From positions 4,818,616 through 4,882,615 of the forward strand of contig OZ245843.1 of the NCBI GenBank assembly GCA_965228875.1: a stretch of 64,000 nucleotides of DNA. The letters run 5' to 3'. Under the pieces are notes generated by a model, which made no database searches, was not told where the DNA came from, and worked only from the letters and a program-made list of their open reading frames with translations. Shown piece by piece: positions 1 through 8,811 of the stretch. Within the stretch, counting starts at the first letter, position 1; each line of letters opens with the position of its first letter. Both the position numbers and the translations under genes were made by a program. This stretch comes from Thalassobaculaceae bacterium (GTDB lineage: Bacteria; Pseudomonadota; Alphaproteobacteria; Thalassobaculales; Thalassobaculaceae).

Positions 1-103
1 TCGATACGCTCGGGATGCGCAGGATGTCGAACAGCCGCTCGACCGAGGCGTCGAGATTGGCGTCCACATGCTCGAGAACGCGTGCCGTGGGTAGGTCGCT
101 CAT
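1..103 (-). CDS. M20/M25/M40 family dipeptidase, 5' end only (runs off window start)
   Basis: Manual translation MSDLPTARVLEHVDANLDASVERLFDILRIPSVS matches the N-terminus of alphaproteobacterial M20 dipeptidases; ATG overlaps the trpF stop (ATGA). Confidence 0.7.
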   Translation of the reverse strand, partial: MSDLPTARVLEHVDANLDASVERLFDILRIPSVS

Positions 104-789
104 TCGGCGGTCTCCATCTGCGGCGTCTTGGCCGCGGCCACGAAGGCACGGATCTTGGCGGGATTCTTCACGCCCGGCCTGTCCTCGACGCCCGAGGAGG
201 CGTCGACCCCCGGCGCACCGGTCAGCCGGACCGCCGCCCCGACATTCTCGGCGTTCAGTCCGCCCGAGAGCATCCAGGGGACGCCGAGCGAGAGACCGTC
301 CAGCAGGTGCCAGTCGAAGCTCAGGCCATTGCCGCCGGGCAGCGCGTCCTTCATGCCCTTCGGCGCCTTGGCGTCGAACAGAAGATGATCGGCCACGCCA
401 TCGAACTCGGCGGCGGTGCGGACATCCTCGGCGGTGGCGACGCGCAGGGCTTTCATCACGGGCAGGCCGGTCCGGCGCTTCAGCGTGGCGACCCGTTCCG
501 GCGACTCGCTGCCGTGAACCTGCAGCATGTCGATCACGCCGGTGGCGACGACCTCCTCGACCTCGGGGTCCGTGGGATCGACCATCACAGCAACCCGGGT
601 GACTCCGGTGATGCCCGCGCCGAGCGCCTGGGCCAGTTCCGGGGTCACCGCCCGGCGACTGCGTGGATAGAACATGAAGCCGATCATGTCGGCGCCGGCG
701 GCGACCGTGGCATCGACGACAGTCGGCGTGTTCAGCCCGCAGATCTTGACGAGCGGCGGGCGGGGCGATTTGGCGGATGCGATGGTCAA
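100..789 (-). CDS. trpF: phosphoribosylanthranilate isomerase
   Basis: VKICGL, LQVHGSE, LLFDAK, LSGGLNAENV, VDASSGVE motifs; probable TTG start overlapping the pyrF stop. Confidence 0.95.
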   Translation of the reverse strand: MTIASAKSPRPPLVKICGLNTPTVVDATVAAGADMIGFMFYPRSRRAVTPELAQALGAGITGVTRVAVMVDPTDPEVEEVVATGVIDMLQVHGSESPERVATLKRRTGLPVMKALRVATAEDVRTAAEFDGVADHLLFDAKAPKGMKDALPGGNGLSFDWHLLDGLSLGVPWMLSGGLNAENVGAAVRLTGAPGVDASSGVEDRPGVKNPAKIRAFVAAAKTPQMETAE

Positions 790-1496
790 GACAGGCTCTC
801 GGCGATGGCTTGTGCGGCGGCCGCCGGATCCGGGGCCTGGGTGATCGGGCGGCCGATGACGATGTAGTCCGCCCCGGCGGCGACCGCGTCGGCCGGGGTC
901 ATCTTGCGTTTCTGGTCGTCCTCGGCGGCGCCGGCCGGCCGTATGCCGGGCACCACCAGGGCGAACTCCGGCCCGCATGCGGCGCGCAGCGCGGCGATCT
1001 CGTGCGGTGAACAGACCACCCCGTCGCACCCGGTCGTCCGGGCCAGCAGGGCGAGGCGCTTGACCTGGTCGCCGACGGGCGTGGCCTGGCCGACGGCATC
1101 GAGGTCGCCGTCGTCGAGGCTGGTGAGGATCGTCACCGCGATCAGCAGGGGCGGTGCGATTCCGGCGGCCGCAGCCGCCTCGCGGTTGGCGGCGACGGCG
1201 GCGCGCATCATGGCCGGCCCGCCCGAGGCGTGAACGTTGAGGATCCTCGGCCGACAGGTCGTGACGGCCGATCGCACGGCCCCCGCCACGGTGTTCGGGA
1301 TATCGTGATACTTCAGATCGAGGAACAGCGGCGTGTCCGCGGCGATGGCGCGCACACCGTCCGGCCCGTTGGCGTTGTGGAACTCCATGCCGAGCTTGAT
1401 GCCGCCGACGTGCCCGCGGACGGCGTCGGCGATGCGGCGCGCCACCGACATGTCGGGCGTGTCGATCCCGACGAGTATCCTGTCCTGCGCCCGCAT
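786..1496 (-). CDS. pyrF: orotidine-5'-phosphate decarboxylase
   Basis: FLDLKYHDIPNTV signature, VTILTS, VVPGIRP, VIGRPI. Confidence 0.97.
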   Translation of the reverse strand: MRAQDRILVGIDTPDMSVARRIADAVRGHVGGIKLGMEFHNANGPDGVRAIAADTPLFLDLKYHDIPNTVAGAVRSAVTTCRPRILNVHASGGPAMMRAAVAANREAAAAAGIAPPLLIAVTILTSLDDGDLDAVGQATPVGDQVKRLALLARTTGCDGVVCSPHEIAALRAACGPEFALVVPGIRPAGAAEDDQKRKMTPADAVAAGADYIVIGRPITQAPDPAAAAQAIAESLS

Positions 1497-1867
1497 CAGC
1501 CGGCGGCCCGCCGGTCGATCAGCGCCGGGCGTCTGGCATCCGCCGGTAGCCGGGCGCGCAGTTCCTCCTCGCGGATGCGCATGACCGCCAGCTCGCGCTC
1601 CAGGTCGTCGGCCCGCTTCTCCGCCCGGTTGGCGCGCAGCTTATGGCCGAGCTCGCCGCTCCAGGCGATGGCGCCGCCCAGCAGGAAGCCGGCGGCGACC
1701 GCGACCAGAAACGGGAGATACAGGGGCGCGTCCAACGCCCCCGGCAGCGGCCACAGCTCCATGGACACCAGGTGTCGGTTCGACACGGCGAACAGAACCA
1801 CGATCACCGTGAGCGGGAAGGTGACGCAGAACGAGATCAGCTTGGTCGCCCAGGTGCGGCGGGCCAT
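1496..1867 (-). CDS. lapA: LapA / DUF1049 family membrane protein
   Basis: Two TM segments with FAVSNR...V.....WP motif and a C-terminal coiled coil; usual position upstream of pyrF. Confidence 0.8.
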   Translation of the reverse strand: MARRTWATKLISFCVTFPLTVIVVLFAVSNRHLVSMELWPLPGALDAPLYLPFLVAVAAGFLLGGAIAWSGELGHKLRANRAEKRADDLERELAVMRIREEELRARLPADARRPALIDRRAAG

Positions 1868-1973
1868 GTCGGAACCTCACGGAGTACGGAGGCCGTAATC
1901 TAGCGACGCGCCGCCCCGGCGACAACGCCTGTGGTCGCGAAAGGGTGCGTCGTTCGACCGCGTGCGGTCGCTG

Positions 1974-2606
1974 TCAGCCGCCGGAACCCTCGCCGGACAT
2001 CAGGTCCGCGGTTGCCAGGTCGTCCGCCCCGCCGCGTCCGCGCAATCCCTTTACCGCGCCGTCGATGTCCGCCGGCTTCTTGTTCTGGCTGAGCTTGGCC
2101 TTGGCTTCCAGGCGGTCGACCGGCAGTTCGAAGGCAAGTACGCCCTTGATCATCCGATCCATCAGCCCGTCGCGCATCTTGCCTTGGGTCCAGGGCGCCT
2201 TCGGGGTGAGCGGTGCCTCGTTCTCGGCCGAAAGGTCGGCGAGCAGCGCAATCGTCGGCGCCGGATCCTCGATTGCCGTCAGGCGGCCGCCGGCATGGAC
2301 GGCGACGTAGTTCCAGGTCGGGACCTGATCCTCGCTGACGTACCAGTCGGGGGAGATGTAGGCGTGCGGCCCGCTGAACACCGCCGTGGCCGCCGCGCCG
2401 CTCAGGATCAGCGCGCAGACCGGGTTGGCCTTGGCCACATGGCCGCGAATCACCAGGGTCTCGCCGCGCTCCTCGACCAGCAGCGGCAGATGGACGATCT
2501 CGACGGCGTCGCCGCTGTGCGCCACCAGCACGGCGAAGGCGTGTTCGCGCATCACCGTGAGGACCGTGCTTCGGTCGTCCAGGCGGAAGGCCGGCGGGGT
2601 GTACAT
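1974..2606 (-). CDS. FMN-binding negative transcriptional regulator (PaiB family)
   Basis: MYTPPAF, HLPLL, GHVAKANP, GPHAYISPDWY, VPTWNYVAVH, KAKLSQN. Confidence 0.92.
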   Translation of the reverse strand: MYTPPAFRLDDRSTVLTVMREHAFAVLVAHSGDAVEIVHLPLLVEERGETLVIRGHVAKANPVCALILSGAAATAVFSGPHAYISPDWYVSEDQVPTWNYVAVHAGGRLTAIEDPAPTIALLADLSAENEAPLTPKAPWTQGKMRDGLMDRMIKGVLAFELPVDRLEAKAKLSQNKKPADIDGAVKGLRGRGGADDLATADLMSGEGSGG

Positions 2607-2623
2607 GGCGGGTCTCCAAACCG

Positions 2624-2692
2624 TTGGTCGGGTTGTTTATCGTGCTTTTGGTCGTATTATACGCGCCAATCTGAATTTGAATGTGGGGCCAA
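2624..2692. promoter_or_regulatory. putative MocR operator in the divergent paiB/mocR promoter
   Basis: TTGGTCG direct repeat at 2624 and 2648, plus oppositely oriented GCCAA at 2665 and 2688 (spacing 24 and 23 bp). Confidence 0.5.
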
Positions 2693-2695
2693 GTT

Positions 2696-4186
2696 ATGGC
2701 CGATGCGCTCCCCGTCTGGGGTGTGTTCCAGCCCGATCGGGGCGACCCGACGCCGCTGCAGGAGCAGATCGCCGGGTTTTTCCGTCGCGCCATCGCCGAA
2801 GGCCGCCTGGCGCCCGGCGCCCGCCTGCCGTCGAGCCGACAACTCGCCGAGCAGCTCGCTGTCGCGCGCAACACGGTCAGCCTCGCCTACGAGCGGCTGA
2901 CTGCGGAAGGCTACGTGGTGGGCCGGCGGGGCGGTGGAACGCGGGTCGCGCATGACCTGCCGGACCTCAAGCCGCCGCTCCCGGCCCAGCCGGTTCCGGC
3001 CGTGCCGCCGGCGCCGGTGCGCCTGTCCGCCGCGGCGCAGAAGATGATGGCGGAGCGGGTGGGAATCGGAGCGGTCGACGGGCCGCTGCAGCCGGGACGG
3101 CCGGGTCTGGACGCGTTTCCCGGCCGGATCTGGGCCCGGCTCGCCGGCCGGTTCTGGCGCGAAACTCCGGCCACGGCCTTCGGCTACGGGGATCCAGCGG
3201 GTTTCGTCGACCTGCGCCAGGCGATCGCCCGTTATCTCGGCGCCTTTCGCGGTCTGATCGTCGATCCGCGGGCGCTGATCGTGACCTCCGGGGCGCAGCA
3301 GGCGATCGACCTGATCTCCCGGGCGCTGCTCGACCCCGGCGACACGGCGGTGATCGAGGAGCCCTGCTATCCGGGGCTACGGGGGCCGATGGTCGCGACC
3401 GGCGCGCGGCTGGTCACCGTGCCGGTGGACGGCGACGGGCTGGATGTCGGCGCGGCGCGGACGGCGGCGCCTGACGCCCGGCTGGTGACGGTGACCCCGA
3501 CCCACCAGTTCCCGCTCGGCGTGACCCTGTCGCTGTCGCGACGTCGCGCCCTGGTCGACTGGGCCATGGGCGACGTCGCCAGCGGCGGCGGCCCCTTCGT
3601 GCTGGAGGACGACTACGACGGCGAGTTCCGCTATGCCGGCAAGCCGGTGCCGCCGCTGAAGGCGTTGGACGGGGCCGACCGGGTGCTCTACGTGGGCACC
3701 GTCTCGAAGGCGCTGGCGCCATCCCTGCGGATCGGTTTCATTGCGGCACCGCAGCGCCTGGTCGATCCGCTGGTGAGCCTGCGGGGACATTTCGACCGGC
3801 AGCCGGCGCTGGACACCCAGGCGGTGCTGGCCCGGTTCCTCGACGAGGGGCACATGGCGGGACATCTGAGGCGCATGCGCACCCTGTACCGCGAGCGCCG
3901 GGACGCCCTGGCCGACGCCCTGGAACAGGTGCTGGAGCATCGGTTCACGGTGGAACGGCCGGAGACGGGAATCAATCTGGTGGTGTCGATGGAAGGCGGT
4001 CCGGACGACCGCGTGGTGGTGGAGAAGGCGATGGCGCTTGGAATCCGACCGGCGCCGATCTCCGCCTATTTCCGCGACGGCGTCCGCCGCAACGGTCTGC
4101 TGGTCGGCTTCGCTTCGCTCCCGCGCGCCCGCGCGCGCTGGGCGGCGGGGTGCGTGAAGGCGGCGATCGACGCGGCCAAGCGGTGA
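2696..4186 (+). CDS. MocR/GabR family PLP-dependent transcriptional regulator
   Basis: GntR wHTH (LPSSRQLAEQLAVARNTVSLAYERL) plus aminotransferase-like domain (VTPTHQFPLG, EDDYDGEF, GTVSKALAPSLRIG). Confidence 0.95.
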   Translation: MADALPVWGVFQPDRGDPTPLQEQIAGFFRRAIAEGRLAPGARLPSSRQLAEQLAVARNTVSLAYERLTAEGYVVGRRGGGTRVAHDLPDLKPPLPAQPVPAVPPAPVRLSAAAQKMMAERVGIGAVDGPLQPGRPGLDAFPGRIWARLAGRFWRETPATAFGYGDPAGFVDLRQAIARYLGAFRGLIVDPRALIVTSGAQQAIDLISRALLDPGDTAVIEEPCYPGLRGPMVATGARLVTVPVDGDGLDVGAARTAAPDARLVTVTPTHQFPLGVTLSLSRRRALVDWAMGDVASGGGPFVLEDDYDGEFRYAGKPVPPLKALDGADRVLYVGTVSKALAPSLRIGFIAAPQRLVDPLVSLRGHFDRQPALDTQAVLARFLDEGHMAGHLRRMRTLYRERRDALADALEQVLEHRFTVERPETGINLVVSMEGGPDDRVVVEKAMALGIRPAPISAYFRDGVRRNGLLVGFASLPRARARWAAGCVKAAIDAAKR

Positions 4187-4302
4187 ATAGAGCAGATCAC
4201 GATCGGATGGAAACATCTGATCGTGTGAATGTGCTCTATCTTTAATGGTTTAGAGGGCGCCTCGCGCTTCAGGCCGATTTGGTCTGAAGCGATCGCGCTC
4301 TA
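4187..4302. repeat. RIME/BRU-RS-like intergenic double-palindrome element
   Basis: Two imperfect hairpins (4187-4239 and 4251-4302), each bounded by TAGAG...CTCTA and separated by the AT-rich spacer CTTTAATGGTT. Confidence 0.65.
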
Positions 4303-4308
4303 CGGGGG

Positions 4309-4590
4309 TCAGTCCGAGTTCAGCTTCTCGCGGAGCAGCTTGCCGGTCTTGAAGAACGGCACCGCCTTGCTCTCGACCTTGACCGACTCGCCGGTGCGGG
4401 GGTTGCGTCCGACCCGGGCCTCGCGCTGCTTCACCGAGAAGGCGCCGAAGCCGCGCAGCTCCACCCGGTCGCCCCTCGCGAGTGCTTCCGCGATTTCCTC
4501 GAAGATCGTCGAAACGATGCGTTCGATGTCTCTCTGGAACAGATGTGGGTTCGCCTCCGCAAGGCGCGCAATCAGTTCGGATTTCGTCAT
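4309..4590 (-). CDS. ihfB: integration host factor subunit beta
   Basis: MTKSELI...[13 protein letters not shown]...GRNPRTGE...PFFKTGK; lies downstream of rpsA. Confidence 0.97.
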   Translation of the reverse strand: MTKSELIARLAEANPHLFQRDIERIVSTIFEEIAEALARGDRVELRGFGAFSVKQREARVGRNPRTGESVKVESKAVPFFKTGKLLREKLNSD

Positions 4591-4749
4591 GCTTCCGAGC
4601 CTCCGCGAAGTCGAATCGCGAAGCGGCCGGCGCGTTGCTTGACGGCGCACATACCCGCCCCAGGCGAAATGTGCCAGCGCCTCCCGGAGGCGTCAAGACT
4701 AAGTATCTCAAATAGAACCATTTTCCCTACCGGGATTGAGCCATTGGAT

Positions 4750-4782
4750 AAAAAGAGAGGCCGCCCGCGTACGGACGGCCTC
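4750..4782 (-). terminator. rho-independent terminator of rpsA
   Basis: Minus strand GAGGCCGTCCG-TACG-CGGGCGGCCTC followed by TCTTTTT. Confidence 0.8.
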
Positions 4783-4813
4783 GGAATGCGGCCTTTTTTG
4801 ATCGACGACGCGG

Positions 4814-6517
4814 TCAGTCGTCGGACTTGGCGGCCTCTTCGCGCTGCTTGAGCGCGGCACCCAGGATGTCGCCCAGGCTGGCGCCGCTGTCGGACGAGCC
4901 GTATTCCTGCATCGCCTTCTTCTCCTCCTCGACCTCGCGGGCCTTGATGGAGAGGGTCAGCTTGCGGGTCTTGTTGTCCACATTGGTGACCTTGGCGTCG
5001 ACCTTCTCGCCCACGGCGAAGCGCTCGGGGCGCTGCTCGGAGCGATCACGCGACAGCTCGGACTTGCGGATGAAGCCCGGCATGCCCTCGCCGACGCTGA
5101 CCTCGACACCGCCGTCGGTCACCTGGGTGACCGTGCAGGTCACGACCGCGCCCTTGCGGACGCCGGCCGAGCCGGCCTCGAACGGATCGGTGGTGAGCTG
5201 CTTGATGCCCAGCGAGATCCGCTCCTTGTCGACGTCGACGTCCAGAACCTTCGCCCGGACCATGTCGCCCTTCTTGAAGCTCTGGATCGCCTCCTCGCCC
5301 GGGGTGTCCCAGTCGATGTCGGACAGGTGCACCATACCGTCGATCTCGCCCGGCAGGCCGATGAACAGGCCGAACTCGGTGATGTTCTTGACCTCGCCCT
5401 CGAGCTCCGTGCCGTTCGGATACTTCTCGACGAAGTCCTCCCACGGGTTGCCCAGGCACTGCTTGAGGCCAAGCGAGATGCGGCGCTTGTTCGGGTCCAC
5501 GTCCAGGATCATCACCTCGACCTCCTGGGAGGTGGAGACGATCTTGCCCGGATGGACGTTCTTCTTGGTCCAGCTCATCTCGGAGACGTGGACCAGGCCC
5601 TCGATCCCCGGCTGCAGCTCCACGAAGGCGCCGTAGTCGGTGATGTTGGTGACGCGGCCGGTGAACTTGGTGCTGACCGGGTAGCGCAGTTCCACGCCTT
5701 CCCACGGATCCGCCTCGAGCTGCTTCATGCCGAGCGAGATGCGCTGGGTCTCCGGGTTGAAGCGGATGACCTGCACCTTCACGGTCTGGCCGATCTGCAG
5801 GGCCTCGGTCGGGTGGTTGATGCGGCGCCACGCGATGTCGGTGACGTGCAGCAGGCCGTCGACGCCGCCCAGGTCAACGAACGCACCGTAGTCGGTGATG
5901 TTCTTGACCACGCCCTGAAGGACCATGCCCTCCTTGAGCGAGGCGACCAGCTCGCTGCGGGCCTCCGCACGGCTCTCCTCGAGGACGGCGCGGCGCGAGA
6001 CCACGATGTTGCCGCGGCGACGGTCCATCTTGAGGATCTGGAACGGCTGCGGGGTGCCCATGAGCGGACCGATGTCGCGCACCGGCCGGATGTCGACCTG
6101 GGAGCCCGGCAGGAACGCCACGGCGCCCGACAGGTCGACGGTGAAGCCGCCCTTGACCCGCGAGAAGATCACGCCGGTGACCCGCTCGTTGTCGTTGAAG
6201 GCGCGCTCCAGCGCGGCCCAGGCCTCTTCGCGACGCGCCTTGTCACGGCTGAGCATCGCCTCGCCGTTGCGGTCCTCGAGACGTTCGACATAGACCTCGA
6301 CCTCGTCGCCCGGCTTCAGCTCGGACTTCTGACCGGGGGCGGCGAATTCCTTCAGCGCGACACGGCCCTCGGACTTCAGGCCGACATCGATCAGAGCGTG
6401 GTCGTTCTCCACCTCGACGACGATGCCGCGCACGACACTGCCTTCGATCGAGGTGACCTGGCCGAACGACTCCTCCAGCATGGATTCGAATTCGTCGGCG
6501 TAAGCGGCTTCAGCCAT
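4814..6517 (-). CDS. rpsA: 30S ribosomal protein S1
   Basis: Six S1 repeats (VKNITDYGAFVDLGG etc.), C-terminal GASLGDIL. Confidence 0.99.
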   Translation of the reverse strand: MAEAAYADEFESMLEESFGQVTSIEGSVVRGIVVEVENDHALIDVGLKSEGRVALKEFAAPGQKSELKPGDEVEVYVERLEDRNGEAMLSRDKARREEAWAALERAFNDNERVTGVIFSRVKGGFTVDLSGAVAFLPGSQVDIRPVRDIGPLMGTPQPFQILKMDRRRGNIVVSRRAVLEESRAEARSELVASLKEGMVLQGVVKNITDYGAFVDLGGVDGLLHVTDIAWRRINHPTEALQIGQTVKVQVIRFNPETQRISLGMKQLEADPWEGVELRYPVSTKFTGRVTNITDYGAFVELQPGIEGLVHVSEMSWTKKNVHPGKIVSTSQEVEVMILDVDPNKRRISLGLKQCLGNPWEDFVEKYPNGTELEGEVKNITEFGLFIGLPGEIDGMVHLSDIDWDTPGEEAIQSFKKGDMVRAKVLDVDVDKERISLGIKQLTTDPFEAGSAGVRKGAVVTCTVTQVTDGGVEVSVGEGMPGFIRKSELSRDRSEQRPERFAVGEKVDAKVTNVDNKTRKLTLSIKAREVEEEKKAMQEYGSSDSGASLGDILGAALKQREEAAKSDD

Positions 6518-6757
6518 TACTTCTCCTTGGAAACACGTATGCGGACCACGGCCCGACGGTTCGGGTCACGTGTCCGGTTAGCGGCGGCTTGGCGATGTCT
6601 GGACCGGATCTTCGGGATGCCGTCGGGCGTCGGGAAGATCGTATGCCCGATCCTTCGCGGGCGGCCCGACTCTCCTGTGTCGGGCATCGGCCGAAGTCCG
6701 CGGCCGCCGGGTTGGTTGACGTTGTGCCGGTCCCCTCGTTCGGAACGGACCGACGGC

Positions 6758-7384
6758 TTACTTCGTTCCCGCCGCCTCGATCGCGGACAGCGCACGCTCG
6801 AACACTTCGGACGGCGTCAGATCGGACGTGTCGATCTCTTCGGCGTCGTCCGCCTTGCGCATCGGGGCATCTGCCCGACCCGCATCGCGTGCGTCCCGCG
6901 CTTCGATCTCTGCGAGAACGCGCGCATATATACTGGCCTCGCCACGGTCAAGCAACTCCTGATGCCGGCGCCGCGCGCGCACCTCGGCGGAGGCGGTGAC
7001 GAACAGTTTCACCTCGGCATCCGGCGTGACCACGGTTCCCACGTCGCGGCCGTCCAGCACGGCGCCGGGCGGTCGCCGGGCGAAGTCGCGCTGGAAATCC
7101 AGGAGGGCGGCGCGCACCGCGGGGATTGCCGCGACCTTCGAGGAGGCGGCGCCGACCTCGGCGGTGCGCAGATCCGGGCTGTCGAGAATGGCGGTATCCA
7201 GCGAGCGCGCGGCCCGCTCGGCGGCGTCGGGGTCCTCGGGGTCGCCGCCGGCGCGCAGCACCGCCAGCGCCGTGGCGCGGTACAGCGCCCCGGTATCGAG
7301 ATGCGGATAGCCGAGATGGACGGCAAGCGTCTTGGCGAGCGTTCCCTTGCCGGCCCCTGCCGGCCCGTCGATGGCGATGATCAT
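6758..7384 (-). CDS. cmk: cytidylate kinase
   Basis: IAIDGPAGAGKGT, LDTGALYRA, VLDGRDVGT. Confidence 0.97.
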   Translation of the reverse strand: MIIAIDGPAGAGKGTLAKTLAVHLGYPHLDTGALYRATALAVLRAGGDPEDPDAAERAARSLDTAILDSPDLRTAEVGAASSKVAAIPAVRAALLDFQRDFARRPPGAVLDGRDVGTVVTPDAEVKLFVTASAEVRARRRHQELLDRGEASIYARVLAEIEARDARDAGRADAPMRKADDAEEIDTSDLTPSEVFERALSAIEAAGTK

Positions 7385-7398
7385 GGACAGGCCCTCCG

Positions 7399-8733
7399 TC
7401 AGTCCCGGTCGCCGGCGCCGATCGCCGCGCCGGCGCCGTTCATCAGTTCCCTGAACCCGGGGAAGGAGGTGGCGATGGCCGCCTCGTCGTCGATGGCGAC
7501 AGCCTCCTGGGCGGCCATGCCGAGCACCAGGAACGCCATGGCGATGCGGTGGTCCAGGTCGACCGGGATCGTGGCGCTGCCGGGCACGCCGTTGCCGGCA
7601 CCGTGGACGCTGAGATCGTCGCCGTCGACCGCAACCCGCACGCCGCAGGCGGCGAGGCCTTCGGCGGTGGCGGTCAGCCGGTCGCTCTCCTTGACCCGCA
7701 GCTCGTCAAGGCCGCGCATGACCGTCGTGCCCTCGGCGTGGGCCGCGGCGACGGCGAGGATCGGGTACTCGTCGATCATCGAGGGCGCACGCTCGGGTGG
7801 CACCTCAATCGCCTTCAGACGGGAGTGACGGACCACCAGGTCGGCGACCGGCTCGCCGGCGGCCATCCGTCGGTTGGTCAGCTGGATGTCGGCGCCCATC
7901 TCCAGCAGCGTCTCGAACAGGCCGAAGCGCAGCGGATTGGTACCGACCCCGGGCAGGGTGATCTCCGATCCTTCCACGAGCAGTGCGGCGACCGCCGGGA
8001 AGGCGGCGGAGGAGGGGTCGGCGGGGACCGAGACGGGCTTGCCCGTCAACTCGGGCTCGCCGACGACGGTGATGTGGCGGCCGCCCTCGGCGTCGTGAAC
8101 CCGAACCTCGGCGCCGAAGTGCCGCAGCATGGTTTCGGTGTGGTCGCGGGTCGGCTTCGGTTCGATCACCGTAGTCTCGCCCGGCGCCGACAGTCCGGCG
8201 AGCAGGATGGCCGACTTCACCTGAGCCGAGGCGACCGGCAGGGTGTAGGTGATCGGCATCAGTGTCTGAGGACCGGTGACGGCAAGCGGCGGGCGTCCGT
8301 TCTCGCGCGAGACGAACCGCACCCCCATCTGCGCCAGCGGCGTCGCCACCCGACCCATCGGCCGACGCCGCAGGGAGCCGTCGCCGGTGAAGAAGGTCGT
8401 GATCGGCTGGCCGGCAGCCGCGCCCATCAGCAGGCGGATACCGGTACCGGAATTGCCGCAGTCGATCACGTCCGCCGGCTCGTCCAGCCCGCCGACCCCG
8501 CGTCCGACCACCCGCCAGCGCCCGGGGCCGAGATGGTCGACGGTGGCGCCGAAGGCGCGCATCGCCTGGGCCGTGGCCAGCACGTCCTCGCCCTCCAGCA
8601 GGCCGTCGATCGCGGTCTCGCCGACCGAGAGCCCGCCGAGAATGAGGGAGCGATGGGAGACCGACTTGTCGCCGGGGACGCGCAAGGTGCCCGTCAGCGG
8701 TCGGGCGCGCGACGAGATCAGGGACTGCGGCAT
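7399..8733 (-). CDS. aroA: 3-phosphoshikimate 1-carboxyvinyltransferase (EPSP synthase)
   Basis: [38 protein letters not shown]; alternative GTG start at 8760. Confidence 0.98.
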   Translation of the reverse strand: MPQSLISSRARPLTGTLRVPGDKSVSHRSLILGGLSVGETAIDGLLEGEDVLATAQAMRAFGATVDHLGPGRWRVVGRGVGGLDEPADVIDCGNSGTGIRLLMGAAAGQPITTFFTGDGSLRRRPMGRVATPLAQMGVRFVSRENGRPPLAVTGPQTLMPITYTLPVASAQVKSAILLAGLSAPGETTVIEPKPTRDHTETMLRHFGAEVRVHDAEGGRHITVVGEPELTGKPVSVPADPSSAAFPAVAALLVEGSEITLPGVGTNPLRFGLFETLLEMGADIQLTNRRMAAGEPVADLVVRHSRLKAIEVPPERAPSMIDEYPILAVAAAHAEGTTVMRGLDELRVKESDRLTATAEGLAACGVRVAVDGDDLSVHGAGNGVPGSATIPVDLDHRIAMAFLVLGMAAQEAVAIDDEAAIATSFPGFRELMNGAGAAIGAGDRD

Positions 8734-8811
8734 GGTCGGGGCTCCGGCGGCAGGTGTCACATTGCGGCGGTCATATCACGCGGGCCCGCGTCCGGCGACC
8801 CGCCCGGCGAC

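Noticed and set aside
5327..7828. 833-aa plus-strand ORF, and similar long ORFs at 11315-13369, 38191-40056, 43058-44818, 44873-48610 and 56276-58018
   Set aside because: Antisense or alternative-frame shadows of well-supported genes; high GC and codon bias suppress stop codons, and the translations have no recognisable motifs
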